From a virus, in IMG/VR virus record IMGVR_UViG_3300044641_005643: DNA of 64,000 bases, one strand, 5' to 3'. The notes beneath the pieces are model-generated. The model saw nothing but the letters and a program-made list of their open reading frames with translations, was not told the DNA's origin and searched no databases. Both the position numbers and the translations under genes were made by a program. Below are positions 10,306 to 20,838 of this stretch, piece by piece; the first letter of the stretch is position 1; every line of letters begins with the position of its first letter.

Positions 10306-11421
10306 ATGCCATATTTTGTGTCAAAAACAGATGGTACTGTTATAACTGTACAAGACGGTACTAAAGATACCACCAGCACCAGCTTAACCTTAATTGGCAG
10401 ATTGGCACAAAATTATGGTGATCAAACCAATGAGAATTTTGTAAGATTATTAGAAAATTTTAGTGCAAATACCGAACCGGCCTTTCCGATTACTGGTCAG
10501 TTGTATTTTGATAAAGGTAATACCAGTTTAAAAATTTATTCAATCAACAACACATGGATACCAGTTGGTAGCGTGATACAAGGTAATGTTGATATTTCTG
10601 GAAATTTAGAAATTGGTTCTAGCGGTTTCCGTATAAACGACACCAACGGCAATGTTCAAATTACCAACTCTTCTAACATTGGTAATGTAAGTGTTTTTGC
10701 TAATGTATCTGGGGTTAGCACAAGAGTGCTGCACATTAACGGTAGTAACGGTCAAGTTGAAGTGGCAGCTAATGCCACAAACAATTTTGGTTTAACAACC
10801 AAAATTTATGTTGATAGTCAATTGGCTTCTGTGTTAGCAAATACCACAAGCAGTTTTAATGCAAATATTAATGCAATCAATTCAAATCTGGCAGCTAGGA
10901 TTTCAGAAGAAGATCAACTGCGAGCCAATATTACTGCTGCCAATGCTCAGATAGCTCTTAGAGATACCATATCTCGAGTAGATACAATAAACAATACAAT
11001 TAATTCGTCTATTATTTCTAATGTAAATGTTATTAACTCCAACTTGGCATCAAGACTAAATCAAACAGTTGCAGTTGAAACAGCAATGTTGGCAAATGTT
11101 GGCGCTGCTAATCTTAGAGTAAATGCAGCCAACATCGATATCGCCGCCTTGAATACCAAGATAGATAACAACACAGTAGATCTTAACATAGCAATTTTAA
11201 ACAATGTTGCGACCAAGTCTGATTTAGTAAGTCCTGTTTTCACTGGAACTCCCGTCGCACCTACCGCATCCTTTGGTGCAAATACAACACAGATAGCCAC
11301 CACTGAATATGTAATGACCAGAAGCACCTTCTGGGACGGTAGCAGAAAGTTTGTTAGCACATCTGATCCTACTGTGAGCGATGGTAACAATGGCGATATT
11401 TGGTTCAAGTATATTCCGTAA
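10306..11421 (+). CDS. Tail/baseplate fibre-like protein with coiled-coil segment
   Basis: N-terminal TSTSLTLIGR...ENFVRLLENF...P..GQLYFD module shared with 12486..14141; Asn/Ala-rich coil; C-terminal SPVFTGTPVAPT...TQIATTEYV and GDIWF tail-fibre motifs. Confidence 0.7.
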   Translation: MPYFVSKTDGTVITVQDGTKDTTSTSLTLIGRLAQNYGDQTNENFVRLLENFSANTEPAFPITGQLYFDKGNTSLKIYSINNTWIPVGSVIQGNVDISGNLEIGSSGFRINDTNGNVQITNSSNIGNVSVFANVSGVSTRVLHINGSNGQVEVAANATNNFGLTTKIYVDSQLASVLANTTSSFNANINAINSNLAARISEEDQLRANITAANAQIALRDTISRVDTINNTINSSIISNVNVINSNLASRLNQTVAVETAMLANVGAANLRVNAANIDIAALNTKIDNNTVDLNIAILNNVATKSDLVSPVFTGTPVAPTASFGANTTQIATTEYVMTRSTFWDGSRKFVSTSDPTVSDGNNGDIWFKYIP

Positions 11422-11424
11422 AGT

Positions 11425-12429
11425 ATGCCAACAAAATTAATTTCTCGCGAATTTACAATTACATCAACTGGTAGGTTCGTGATCGAAATGCCATTCAAAG
11501 CAAATATCACTGCACACCTCTGGGGTGGCGGAGGCGGAGGTGGCGGATTTGATTCTGACAGTCCCTGGGGTGGAGTAGGATCGCCAGGTTTATATAATAC
11601 CACAACTTTTTCTGTTAATCGAGGCGACATACTTGAAGTGGTTGTCGGACAGGGAGGAAATGGAGGCGGGTCTATCAATGGCAGTTCGCCTGGTGGCAGA
11701 GCTGGAAATAGTAGAATACAAATAAATGGTAACAACAATTTAAGTTTTAATGGCGGCCAAGGAGGAAATTCAGGGCCAATTGGTAGCGGTGGTGCAGGCG
11801 GCGGTGGCGGCGGTGCATCAGCTATCTTGATCAATAGTGCTCTGGCTATTGTTGCAGCCGGGGGAGGTGGCGGCGGCGGTGCAGGCGATGGCGGTCAAAG
11901 TCAAGGACAAATAAGCAACGCATCTATACAGAACAACGCTACTGGGGAAGCAGCCACTGACTACAGAGGTGAAAACGGTCAAAATAAAACCGGAAATGGC
12001 GGCGGTGGCGGTGCTGGAGGTGGCGGTTACCCAGGTGGTCAGGGAGGTGCAATAGTTGGTTTAGATAGAACTGCTTATGCAGGACAATGCGGTGGTAACT
12101 TTCCAATATTTTCAGCCAATACTGGAGTGAATACACCCTACTATAAAGCCGGGTTCGCTGCCGGCGGCAGCAGCGGAGGCGGCAATGGGCAAAATGGTAG
12201 AGTGTTTGTACAGATTGAACCAACGGGCTTGTTTGGTATCAAAACTGGTGGCGAGTGGAGTCAAGTAAGCGAAGCATTTGTCAAAATAAGCGGCGCCTGG
12301 AAAGATATAGAAAAAATTTTTATAAAAGTTGATGATAATTGGAGAGAAGTGCAAGGGGCAGGACAAAGAAATTTAGATTTTGTAGCTAACACACAACTTT
12401 ACAGTACATCAATTCGAAGCTTTACCTAA
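11425..12429 (+). CDS. Glycine-rich tail-associated protein
   Basis: WGGGGGGG...AAGGGGGG glycine-rich domain; C-terminal repeated K.GG.W / VK.SGAW / KVDDNW motifs. Confidence 0.65.
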   Translation: MPTKLISREFTITSTGRFVIEMPFKANITAHLWGGGGGGGGFDSDSPWGGVGSPGLYNTTTFSVNRGDILEVVVGQGGNGGGSINGSSPGGRAGNSRIQINGNNNLSFNGGQGGNSGPIGSGGAGGGGGGASAILINSALAIVAAGGGGGGGAGDGGQSQGQISNASIQNNATGEAATDYRGENGQNKTGNGGGGGAGGGGYPGGQGGAIVGLDRTAYAGQCGGNFPIFSANTGVNTPYYKAGFAAGGSSGGGNGQNGRVFVQIEPTGLFGIKTGGEWSQVSEAFVKISGAWKDIEKIFIKVDDNWREVQGAGQRNLDFVANTQLYSTSIRSFT

Positions 12430-12452
12430 GCTTTTGGCGGCAAATTTTAATT

Positions 12453-12460
12453 CATAAATA
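12453..12460 (+). promoter_or_regulatory. Putative T4-type late promoter (CATAAATA)
   Basis: One mismatch to TATAAATA, intergenic, upstream of a GGAG SD and the tail gene at 12486. Confidence 0.5.
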
Positions 12461-12485
12461 ATAAACAGTTGGAGATTTTTTAAAA

Positions 12486-14141
12486 ATGGCATATAATATA
12501 ACCTTAACAAACGGATCTGCTTTGATTACCGGCGGATTAGTTGACGGCACTATTGACATCACATCAACAAGCTTGACTTTGGTAGGTAAAAACTATCCCG
12601 GATACGGTATATTTTTAAACCAAAATATGGTAAGATTGATGGAAAATTTTGCCAATGGATCGCAACCAACTGCACCTTTGCCAGGCCAACTTTGGTGGAA
12701 TTCTTCAACAAAATACTTGAATATTAATACAGCCACAACCAAAGGCACAGCAAATGCAATATGGAAAACTATTGCAACAATGACTTATGCTGGCAGTTTT
12801 ACTACTACACCGGTAGCAGGAGAGCAATGGTTTGATACAATCAACCAACAATTAAAAGTATGGAATGGAACTGCATGGGTTGTTATTGGCCCAGTATCTG
12901 CTACTGCATTGGGTAACACTGGTGCTATTCCTGACACGTTACAATCTGTATTGCCCGGCGGCGGAGCAGGACCAACCTATGTTGTACTAAAGTTTTTTAT
13001 TGATGGTACACTGGTTGGTATTTGGAGCAAAGATGTTCAGTTTAATACTAATGTATCTGGTTTTGCTACTGTGTCGCGTGGTTTAAATTTAAATACAGAT
13101 CTTAACCAACAGTTTTATGGAAATACAGCACTAGCCCTAGCTTTAAGTGTAAGTGGTGCCAGTGTGCCAGCAACATCTTTTTTAAGAAACGATCAGTCAG
13201 GTACAATTAACGGTTTCTTGGTAGTAGATGATGACAATGGAATTACAGTAGGCGAGGCAGGAGAATTTGTTGCATCCGTTGATACTGGTGTTGTAAAATT
13301 AAGGAATACATCAAACAATAAAGATCTTGTTTTAGGAGTTAAAAAAAGTGGAGTTGATCAAAACGTATTAAGATTAAATTACGATACCGGATTGCCAGAA
13401 GCGTATAGCAATCCTGTTTCATCATCCCCTGATTTAAGCCTTGCCACAAAGTTTTATGTTGATAGATTGTTGGGCGGTGGTACGTTTATCAGTACCTTTA
13501 ATGCAAGCTTGAATCCAGCTGCAAACGTTACCTTTACTTTAGGAAACACTACTAACAGATGGAGTAATGTTTTTACTCAAAGCATGCTGGTAGGTAATGT
13601 GTTTGCTGCCAATACATTTACTCATCAATCAAATATTACCGGAACAGTATTTGTGTCGTCTGACATCATGCCTGTGTCTAATACTACTTCTAATCTGGGC
13701 AGTATTGGTATGTGGTTTAATACAATTCACGGAAAATCAGTGCAAGCCCAATACGCTGACTTGGCAGAAAGATTTGCGGCAGATATGCCTTATGACCCAG
13801 GAACAGTTGTAGCCATTGGCGGTATTAAAGAAATCACAGCTGAAAAGAAAGAACTAAGTGAAGATGTATTTGGAGTTATTAGCACTAGAGCAGCCTATTT
13901 GATGAACGGCGCAGCGGGTCCAAACTCAACACATCCGCCAGTGGCTGTAAATGGTAGAGTTCCAGTTAAGGTGATAGGTTCAGTGAGAAAAGGAGACAGA
14001 CTTGTAAGTGCAGGCGATGGTTTGGCTAGAGCAGGTGCTAAACATGAACTTTCTCCTTGGAACGTTATTGGACGCAGTTTAGAAGATAAATTAGATACCG
14101 GCGAAGGCATAGTTGAAGCCATCGTAAAATTAAACAGTTAA
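12486..14141 (+). CDS. Tail fibre/spike protein with C-terminal peptidase-G2-like autocleaving chaperone domain
   Basis: C-terminal ADLAERF...PGTVV.IGG..EIT...GVIS...GRVPVKV.G.V.KGD.LV motif; N-terminal module shared with 10306. Confidence 0.7.
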   Translation: MAYNITLTNGSALITGGLVDGTIDITSTSLTLVGKNYPGYGIFLNQNMVRLMENFANGSQPTAPLPGQLWWNSSTKYLNINTATTKGTANAIWKTIATMTYAGSFTTTPVAGEQWFDTINQQLKVWNGTAWVVIGPVSATALGNTGAIPDTLQSVLPGGGAGPTYVVLKFFIDGTLVGIWSKDVQFNTNVSGFATVSRGLNLNTDLNQQFYGNTALALALSVSGASVPATSFLRNDQSGTINGFLVVDDDNGITVGEAGEFVASVDTGVVKLRNTSNNKDLVLGVKKSGVDQNVLRLNYDTGLPEAYSNPVSSSPDLSLATKFYVDRLLGGGTFISTFNASLNPAANVTFTLGNTTNRWSNVFTQSMLVGNVFAANTFTHQSNITGTVFVSSDIMPVSNTTSNLGSIGMWFNTIHGKSVQAQYADLAERFAADMPYDPGTVVAIGGIKEITAEKKELSEDVFGVISTRAAYLMNGAAGPNSTHPPVAVNGRVPVKVIGSVRKGDRLVSAGDGLARAGAKHELSPWNVIGRSLEDKLDTGEGIVEAIVKLNS

Positions 14142-14150
14142 GGATTAGCA

Positions 14151-15116
14151 ATGACATACGTGCAAGGTGGTTTAATTGAAGCCCAAGATTATAACAATCT
14201 ATTGGGAGGTAATGCAACATCTAATTCTAATACCTTAGATGCAGTATGGGCATGGGGGAATGGTAGTCGAGGATACGGTCAGGCCAACCTTGCCAATGTT
14301 GCAGTGACAGGCACAGTTACAGCTACAAACTGGGCTTCGCTAATAAACATTTTGAATAGTGCTAACTTACATATTAGGAATACCACATCTGGTTTAACTG
14401 CAAATACTGCAGGACAATTGATTGGACATTCAGGTTTTTTAACTACAGCTATCCAACGACTCAATCAAGATAGGTTACTGTTTGCAACCAATTCCGCGGT
14501 AATTGCCAATCATAATAGTCTAACATCATATCCCGCATGGCAAGTGGCAGATCCACTTGCTACACAAACTGTAACACGTAGTTTTGGTGCTAATGTGGCA
14601 TTTCAGAGTCCTGACAGAGCCAGATTCTTTTTCAACGCCGGCGGTCGTTTGAAGTTCAATGTATCTGCCACCAATAATCTTGGTGCAGGAGTTGCCGGAC
14701 AAAGATCCCAATCTATTGTCAATTTGTTTACCAATTTGGGTGGAGTGGCATTGATTGCAGCTAACACCAATGCTGGCAGAACTGGAGCTGGCGGAACCTT
14801 GGTGACTAATAATACTGCTTTAGGATATTACCAAGCCACAATTGCAAACACAGCTATAGTTTCAGTTACAGGAACTACAGCGGAATACACTACTGACTCG
14901 GCCACTATAACTTATCGTACCAATGGCAGACAAGGGCAACACAACGACAACGGATCTATATTGAGTTTTTGGGTGAACGTAACCAATACCACTGGAACCG
15001 GTACCGGATACAATGACGCAATTGATGTTACGGCAACAGTAACAGTAGATGTTTCCTACCCAGAAGTAACCAATCTCGCCAATACCTGGGGTGCCGTCAC
15101 TGTTACCAGACAGTAA
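14151..15116 (+). CDS. Virion structural protein
   Basis: Thr/Asn/Gly-rich 321-aa ORF (GYGQ, RFFFNAGG motifs) at the end of the tail block; AGGA SD. Confidence 0.55.
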   Translation: MTYVQGGLIEAQDYNNLLGGNATSNSNTLDAVWAWGNGSRGYGQANLANVAVTGTVTATNWASLINILNSANLHIRNTTSGLTANTAGQLIGHSGFLTTAIQRLNQDRLLFATNSAVIANHNSLTSYPAWQVADPLATQTVTRSFGANVAFQSPDRARFFFNAGGRLKFNVSATNNLGAGVAGQRSQSIVNLFTNLGGVALIAANTNAGRTGAGGTLVTNNTALGYYQATIANTAIVSVTGTTAEYTTDSATITYRTNGRQGQHNDNGSILSFWVNVTNTTGTGTGYNDAIDVTATVTVDVSYPEVTNLANTWGAVTVTRQ

Positions 15117-15182
15117 CAAAAAAAATTTACTTTTGTCAATTTTTATTGTAAAATTTAAGTATTTTACCTTTGAAAGAAAATC

Positions 15183-15497
15183 ATGACAGACGTAGATTCA
15201 TTAGTCCAAGAAGTCAAGTTGGCCACTGATTTCCAGATTAACAAAAAAATTCTAAAAGAAAAAATTCAGACTGATTTACATCTGACACACAACGGTGGCA
15301 TGTTCAAAATTACACCAGAGTTGTTGGCTTTTGTTCAAACTTGGCCGGTTGATGAATTATATTTAGAAGATGTTTATGAAAGTCCAATCAAGATTGATCG
15401 GCAAGCTTTTTTAATCACAGCACAACAACATTATCAAACAGTAATGAACAGATGGCATCAAGCATATGCAGAACTCAAACAAATTAGAAAAATCTAG
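15183..15497 (+). CDS. Hypothetical protein
   Basis: 104-aa ORF overlapping the next gene. Confidence 0.6.
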   Translation: MTDVDSLVQEVKLATDFQINKKILKEKIQTDLHLTHNGGMFKITPELLAFVQTWPVDELYLEDVYESPIKIDRQAFLITAQQHYQTVMNRWHQAYAELKQIRKI

Positions 15498-16248
15498 AGG
15501 AATTTTGGCGTTTGCATACAATGTTGATACAATTGATTACGAATCAATTGCATACAAAACTCTTGAAGTTGCAAGTCAAAAATTACAATTGCCCTACACT
15601 CTGATTACAGACAAAGAATTATCAAACCATACAGAAAATATTAGATACAGTATTGATGAACACGCATTTATAAAATGGAGAAATGTTGGCAGATATCATG
15701 CTTTTGAACTTTCACCTTATGATGAGACATTGGTAATTGATGTTGATTATTTAATTTTAGAAAATAATTTAAACAAGATATTTGACTGCGATTGGGATTA
15801 TCTATTACAGAGACACAGTTTTGCTCTCACACAACAATGGCCAAAACTAATGGGTACTTCGAGCTTGCCGTATATATGGGCAACAGTTTTTGCATTTAGA
15901 AAAACTAAAAAATCAAAATTATTTTTTGATCTAGTTGGTAAAATTCAAAGGAATTATTCCTATTATTATTCTTTGTTTAATGTCAATGAAAGAAACTATA
16001 GAAATGACTATGCGTTTTCAATAGCGGACATTATACTTAATGGTTATAACCTAGAAAGTCATACCATTCCAGGAAACATGCTGGCTGTGAACCAAGTCAT
16101 TGATACTATAAAATTATTCAATAACAGTTTAATAATTAAAGATTCTAAAAAATCCTATGTTGTTCCTAAAATGAATTTGCATATAATGAGCAAGGCATAT
16201 TTACAAAGTGACAATTTTGAAACATTCATAAACGAGATACTAGAATGA
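15466..16248 (+). CDS. GT-A-fold glycosyltransferase-like protein
   Basis: ELSPYDETLVIDVD (DxD) motif typical of GT8-like nucleotide-sugar transferases. Confidence 0.6.
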   Translation: MQNSNKLEKSRGILAFAYNVDTIDYESIAYKTLEVASQKLQLPYTLITDKELSNHTENIRYSIDEHAFIKWRNVGRYHAFELSPYDETLVIDVDYLILENNLNKIFDCDWDYLLQRHSFALTQQWPKLMGTSSLPYIWATVFAFRKTKKSKLFFDLVGKIQRNYSYYYSLFNVNERNYRNDYAFSIADIILNGYNLESHTIPGNMLAVNQVIDTIKLFNNSLIIKDSKKSYVVPKMNLHIMSKAYLQSDNFETFINEILE

Positions 16249-17066
16249 ATCATAAAGAACAATTGGGTTTTTTGACAGTGGCATGTAATAATGATATTGA
16301 TTATTTGCAATTGGCTTATGTACAGGCGTTGAATATTAAAAAAACTCAGAAACACAATAAATTTGCAGTGGTGGTAGATAATCATACCAAAAAATTTATC
16401 ACAAAAAAGCACGAACAAATATTTGATTATGTTATCCAGGCACCTGATCACGATTTTGGAAAATTTGGAACTGAAGCATTTTTATTTGAATTAACCCCAT
16501 TCAAAGAAACAATCAAAATTGAAAGCGATTTGTTATTCACAAGAAGTATAGATCATTGGGTTAATGCATTTAGATTACGAGACGTAGTTTTAAGTGTTGG
16601 GTGTAAAAATTATCGGCAAGAAACATCAGACGTAAGATATTATAGAAAAACATTTGATGATAACAATTTGCCAGATGTTTATAATGGTTTGATGTATTTT
16701 AGATTTACGCAGACTGCCAAAAGTTTTTTTGATAAAGTGAAATTAATTTTCGACAATTGGGTTCATATTCAAAGTTGTTTAAGAAATTGTAGAGAAGATA
16801 CTGCCAGTACAGATTTAGTTTTTGCCATAGCCGCAAGAATGATTGGTGAAGAATTATGCACTTTGCCTAGTGCAGATTTTATAAATTTTGTGCATATGAA
16901 ACCTGCTATTAATGAATTTGATCACAGTCTTGTTTTTAAAGAAGTTTTTGTTACTGAATTCAACGAAGGGATGATCAAAATAAACAATATCAATCAATAT
17001 CATCCATTACATTACTATGATAAAAATTTTATTACTCAGGAAATGATTGAATACTATGAACGATAA
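16245..17066 (+). CDS. GT-A-fold glycosyltransferase-like protein (paralog of 15466)
   Basis: ELTPFKETIKIESD, NGLMYF, STD..FA, HMK motifs parallel those of the upstream gene; ATGA overlap. Confidence 0.6.
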   Translation: MNHKEQLGFLTVACNNDIDYLQLAYVQALNIKKTQKHNKFAVVVDNHTKKFITKKHEQIFDYVIQAPDHDFGKFGTEAFLFELTPFKETIKIESDLLFTRSIDHWVNAFRLRDVVLSVGCKNYRQETSDVRYYRKTFDDNNLPDVYNGLMYFRFTQTAKSFFDKVKLIFDNWVHIQSCLRNCREDTASTDLVFAIAARMIGEELCTLPSADFINFVHMKPAINEFDHSLVFKEVFVTEFNEGMIKINNINQYHPLHYYDKNFITQEMIEYYER

Positions 17067-17427
17067 CTTTTGGGATGAAGTTTTTAAACTAGTAGAAGAA
17101 TTTGATGCCCAGCGACCTGTAGTTTGTAAGCAAAATAGGTTATACTATAACAATGATGGCAGTGTAATAGGTTACTATGAGACCAATCATCCTGCGGGTG
17201 ATAATTATATTATTCTAGATGATCCAAACCTATTCTTCAAAAACAACACTCATTTACTAAGAGTTAAAAATAAAAAATTAACCTTGTTAGATGTCAAACG
17301 GCCCAATAAAGTTAGATTGAAACGTGCTAGTTCGGGATTTAGCACAGTTAAAGGGCACTCTGCAATACTATTAGAACAAAACGAAACTTATAATGACGTA
17401 GATTATTATGACTACCAAAACGATTGA
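17047..17427 (+). CDS. Hypothetical protein
   Basis: 126-aa ORF overlapping both neighbours (start may be 17056). Confidence 0.55.
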   Translation: MNTMNDNFWDEVFKLVEEFDAQRPVVCKQNRLYYNNDGSVIGYYETNHPAGDNYIILDDPNLFFKNNTHLLRVKNKKLTLLDVKRPNKVRLKRASSGFSTVKGHSAILLEQNETYNDVDYYDYQND

Positions 17428-18337
17428 TATAGCAGATTTAGATTGTATTTTTTTAACATATGACGAACCTAAAAAAGAAGAGTTTTGGATACGTATTCAA
17501 AACATGGTACCGTGGGCAAAGAGAGTGGATGGCGTTAAAGGATCTGACGCTGCACACAAAGCAGCCGCTGCCGCAAGTGACACAGAAAGATTTGTTCTGA
17601 TTGATGGAGACAACATACCTGATCCTGGATTTTTTAACTTACAACTCCGGCTGGACGAAAGGAATCATGACCATGTTTTTAGATGGAAGGCACGTAACAT
17701 AATAAATGGTTTGCGTTATGGCAATGGCGGTGTAAGTTGCTGGACTCGAGAGTTTGTTTATAACATGCGCACTCACGAAGCAAGCGACGGCACAGAAGAA
17801 ACGGCTGTGGAGTTTTGTTTTAATCCAAAATACACAGCCATGCACAATTGTTATAGTACAACCTATCCTAATGGTAGTGCCAAACAAGCATGGCGTGCTG
17901 GCTTTCGTGAAGGTGTAAAGATGTGTCTTGATCGAGGTCACAAACCTTCCTTACAGGAATTTGAAGAGGGTGTGAATAAAAGAAACTACGATCACTTGTG
18001 TATATGGCAAAGCGTAGGCGCTGATGTGGAAAACGGTTATTGGGCCATGTACGGAGCCAGACTAGGCACATACATGATCATGCTAGAAGGTTGGGATCAT
18101 CATCAAGTACAAGATTTTGACATGTTAGAAAAGTTATGGTCAAGCTTCGGTAAAGAAGATCCTGCGGAAGGATGCGAACAAATTGCAAATTCATTAACTA
18201 CTAGATTAGGATTACCTATTGTCACTTATACCCCAGAACAGAGTCAATTTTTTAAACATCATTATTCAACTGGTCAAAGAAATAGTGAAATCATGATGAC
18301 TGAAATTGATGTTATTCGCAGGATCGAAGGATGGTAA
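17408..18337 (+). CDS. Glycosyltransferase-like protein (DxD)
   Basis: DCIFLTYDEP, GVKG...AH.AAA, VLIDGDN motifs; paralogous to the C-terminal domain of 33600..35423. Confidence 0.55.
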   Translation: MTTKTIDIADLDCIFLTYDEPKKEEFWIRIQNMVPWAKRVDGVKGSDAAHKAAAAASDTERFVLIDGDNIPDPGFFNLQLRLDERNHDHVFRWKARNIINGLRYGNGGVSCWTREFVYNMRTHEASDGTEETAVEFCFNPKYTAMHNCYSTTYPNGSAKQAWRAGFREGVKMCLDRGHKPSLQEFEEGVNKRNYDHLCIWQSVGADVENGYWAMYGARLGTYMIMLEGWDHHQVQDFDMLEKLWSSFGKEDPAEGCEQIANSLTTRLGLPIVTYTPEQSQFFKHHYSTGQRNSEIMMTEIDVIRRIEGW

Positions 18338-19707
18338 GCGATTTTCTATCTGCAGCAGAAAAAATGAAAGACCAATTGGGTCATAGTCTATGCTTGGCCA
18401 AGTGGCAACAGGTCAGTCTGCACCTTCCTACAGGATTGACCAACAGTTGTTATCATCCACCGTTACACGAAATAGATGCTACATTATTAAAGGACAATCC
18501 CAGTGCCTTACACAACACACCATATAAAAAAGAACAGCGTAAGATTATGTTACGTAATGAAAGACCGCAAGAATGTAGCTATTGCTGGACGCAAGAAGAT
18601 TTAGGAAATCTAAGTGACAGACATTACAGATCAGGTGAGCCCTGGGCCGCAGAGCATTTTGAAACAATCACAAATTTGTCGGGCAATGAAGACGCAATTC
18701 CAAGCTATGTGGAGGTCAATTTCAATCATGCTTGCAATCTCAAGTGTTCCTATTGTAGCCCTCAGTTTAGTAGTAGCTGGGATAATGAAATTAGACGTTA
18801 TGGAGGATATCCCACTAGTACTACTCATAATGATCCATCTCATTTTACCGGTCGTAGACGACCTATCCCCACTAGAGAAAACAATCCATATGTTGATGCA
18901 TTCTGGGAGTGGTGGCCAAGTTTATATCCAAAACTGAAACATTTTAGAATGACCGGCGGCGAGCCATTAATGGATCGTAATACCTATCGAGTGTTTGACT
19001 ATGTGTTGGCGTTTCCTAAATCAGATTTGCACATCGATGTCACCAGCAATTTCAGTGTAGAAGAAAAGTTGTGGGATCAATATTTAAATTATGTCAAGCA
19101 ACTATGTAATACAAATATTGAACATTTCATGCAATATGTTAGTTTAGATTCCTGGGGCGAACATGCAGAATACATTAGACATGGTATGGATTTTTGGAAG
19201 GTGGTTAAACGAGTAGATCATTATTTAGAAGAGATTCCTTCTCGTAACAGTTTAACTTTTATAATCACCATGAGTAATTTGAATATATTAGGACTGCGTC
19301 GTTTATTAGAACTGGTTTTAGATTTACGAGACATACACAGCAAAACGTATCAACGAGTTTGGTTTGATACTCCAATCTTGAGACAACCCACTTGGCAAAG
19401 TTTACAAATATTACCGCCGGTGTACACCAAACGATTACAAGATGTAGTTGATTGGATGCAAGCCAATTTGGAAAAACCACAACGCCCATTTCAAGGATTC
19501 AAAGATTACGAAGTGCAAAGAATGCAACGAGTACTAGATTGGATGCAACAAGGTAGCAAATTAGATCAAGAATATGTTACAATACAAAGAGCAGATTTTT
19601 TTAGATTTTTTAACGAACACGACAAACGCAGAGAAACCAACTTTTTAAATACATTCCCAGAAATGCGAGAATTCTGGGACCAGTGTAAATATTACGCCAT
19701 TAACTAA
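18331..19707 (+). CDS. Radical SAM protein with N-terminal twitch/SPASM-like domain (array member 1)
   Basis: CLAKW...CYH...CSYC N-domain; CNLKCSYC; TGGEP. Confidence 0.9.
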   Translation: MVSDFLSAAEKMKDQLGHSLCLAKWQQVSLHLPTGLTNSCYHPPLHEIDATLLKDNPSALHNTPYKKEQRKIMLRNERPQECSYCWTQEDLGNLSDRHYRSGEPWAAEHFETITNLSGNEDAIPSYVEVNFNHACNLKCSYCSPQFSSSWDNEIRRYGGYPTSTTHNDPSHFTGRRRPIPTRENNPYVDAFWEWWPSLYPKLKHFRMTGGEPLMDRNTYRVFDYVLAFPKSDLHIDVTSNFSVEEKLWDQYLNYVKQLCNTNIEHFMQYVSLDSWGEHAEYIRHGMDFWKVVKRVDHYLEEIPSRNSLTFIITMSNLNILGLRRLLELVLDLRDIHSKTYQRVWFDTPILRQPTWQSLQILPPVYTKRLQDVVDWMQANLEKPQRPFQGFKDYEVQRMQRVLDWMQQGSKLDQEYVTIQRADFFRFFNEHDKRRETNFLNTFPEMREFWDQCKYYAIN

Positions 19708-19710
19708 ATT

Positions 19711-20832
19711 ATGTCCGAAACTTTTTGTATAAAACCATGGGAGCATACTTGTATAAGAACTAATGGCAATTTTACACTCTGCTGTTTTAGTTCAGAATTG
19801 GCAAATCATAATATAAAAAGTTCTACTTTAGAGCAATGGTGGAATAGTGATTTTGTTAAAAACGTAAGACAACGGATGCTGGCAGGAGAACGTCCACATG
19901 CTTGTAATGTCTGTTATATACAAGAAGATAATGGAGTAGAAAGTTTTAGAATACGTTCAAATAGAGAATATAAAATTTTTGATGATGCAGTAGAGCACAA
20001 GCTCAAATTACTTAAATATCCAAAAAATCTTCCTGTTAATATAGAGATGCAACTTACAAACCTATGTAATCTTAAGTGTGTAAGTTGTAACGAGAGTGAA
20101 AGCAGCAGCATCCTGCATGAAAACAAAATATTAAAAATAAACTTAGAAAACCAATCGCAGTTTGACATTACTGATAATGAATTACATGTTTTGAAAGAAT
20201 TGTTACACACAGGATTGAGAAAATTGGTATTAAGAGGAGGGGAACCTTTGATTGTACCACAAGTCAAAGCCCTGCTAAAATATGCTGTAGATAATCATTT
20301 AATAGATAATACCATTATAGTGTTAGTTACAAATGGAACTAGATTTAATCAAGAATGGTTTGATATACTTTCAAAAATTAAAAAACTAAAAATACACATG
20401 AGTGTAGATGGTGTAGGCAAGTTAAATGATTATTTGCGATTTGGTAGCAATTGGAATCATGTTGAACAAAATTGTAAATTGATGTCAATGATACCAAATG
20501 TAAATTTTTTTATTCATGCTGCTATTTCAAATATGAATATTTTACATATAGATAAATTGATAGATTGGTGTGCGGAAAACAAATATTATTTAAATTATGA
20601 TTTAATTACTCAACCAGTAGAATTTGAAGTAACAAATTTGCCAGATGAATTAAAAACACTGGCTATAGAACGGTTAAAAAACAAAAAAGAAATGAGCAAT
20701 ATAATTAATAAATTAAAGAATAGTTTGGTTATTCGTAATTGGGAAAAATTTAAAAATACTATAAGCCTAAGAGAACGTGTTAGAAAAAATAGTATAATAG
20801 AAGTGGTACCTGAATTAAAAAATTACTTGTAA
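19711..20832 (+). CDS. Radical SAM protein with N-terminal twitch/SPASM-like domain (member 2, low GC)
   Basis: CIKPW...CC...CNVC; CNLKCVSC; GGEP. Confidence 0.9.
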   Translation: MSETFCIKPWEHTCIRTNGNFTLCCFSSELANHNIKSSTLEQWWNSDFVKNVRQRMLAGERPHACNVCYIQEDNGVESFRIRSNREYKIFDDAVEHKLKLLKYPKNLPVNIEMQLTNLCNLKCVSCNESESSSILHENKILKINLENQSQFDITDNELHVLKELLHTGLRKLVLRGGEPLIVPQVKALLKYAVDNHLIDNTIIVLVTNGTRFNQEWFDILSKIKKLKIHMSVDGVGKLNDYLRFGSNWNHVEQNCKLMSMIPNVNFFIHAAISNMNILHIDKLIDWCAENKYYLNYDLITQPVEFEVTNLPDELKTLAIERLKNKKEMSNIINKLKNSLVIRNWEKFKNTISLRERVRKNSIIEVVPELKNYL

Positions 20833-20838
20833 TTTGTT

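Noticed and set aside
11061-11834. 257-aa Pro-rich antisense ORF (also 9009..9560 and the many 60-140-aa opposite-strand or off-frame ORFs in the track)
   Set aside because: These are shadows of Gly-rich or biased sense genes, fully overlapping well-supported CDSs and lacking SDs or motifs.
11500-12200. GGCGGT-type tandem repeats as a repeat array or DGR target
   Set aside because: They simply encode poly-Gly; I saw no reverse transcriptase or TR/VR pair.
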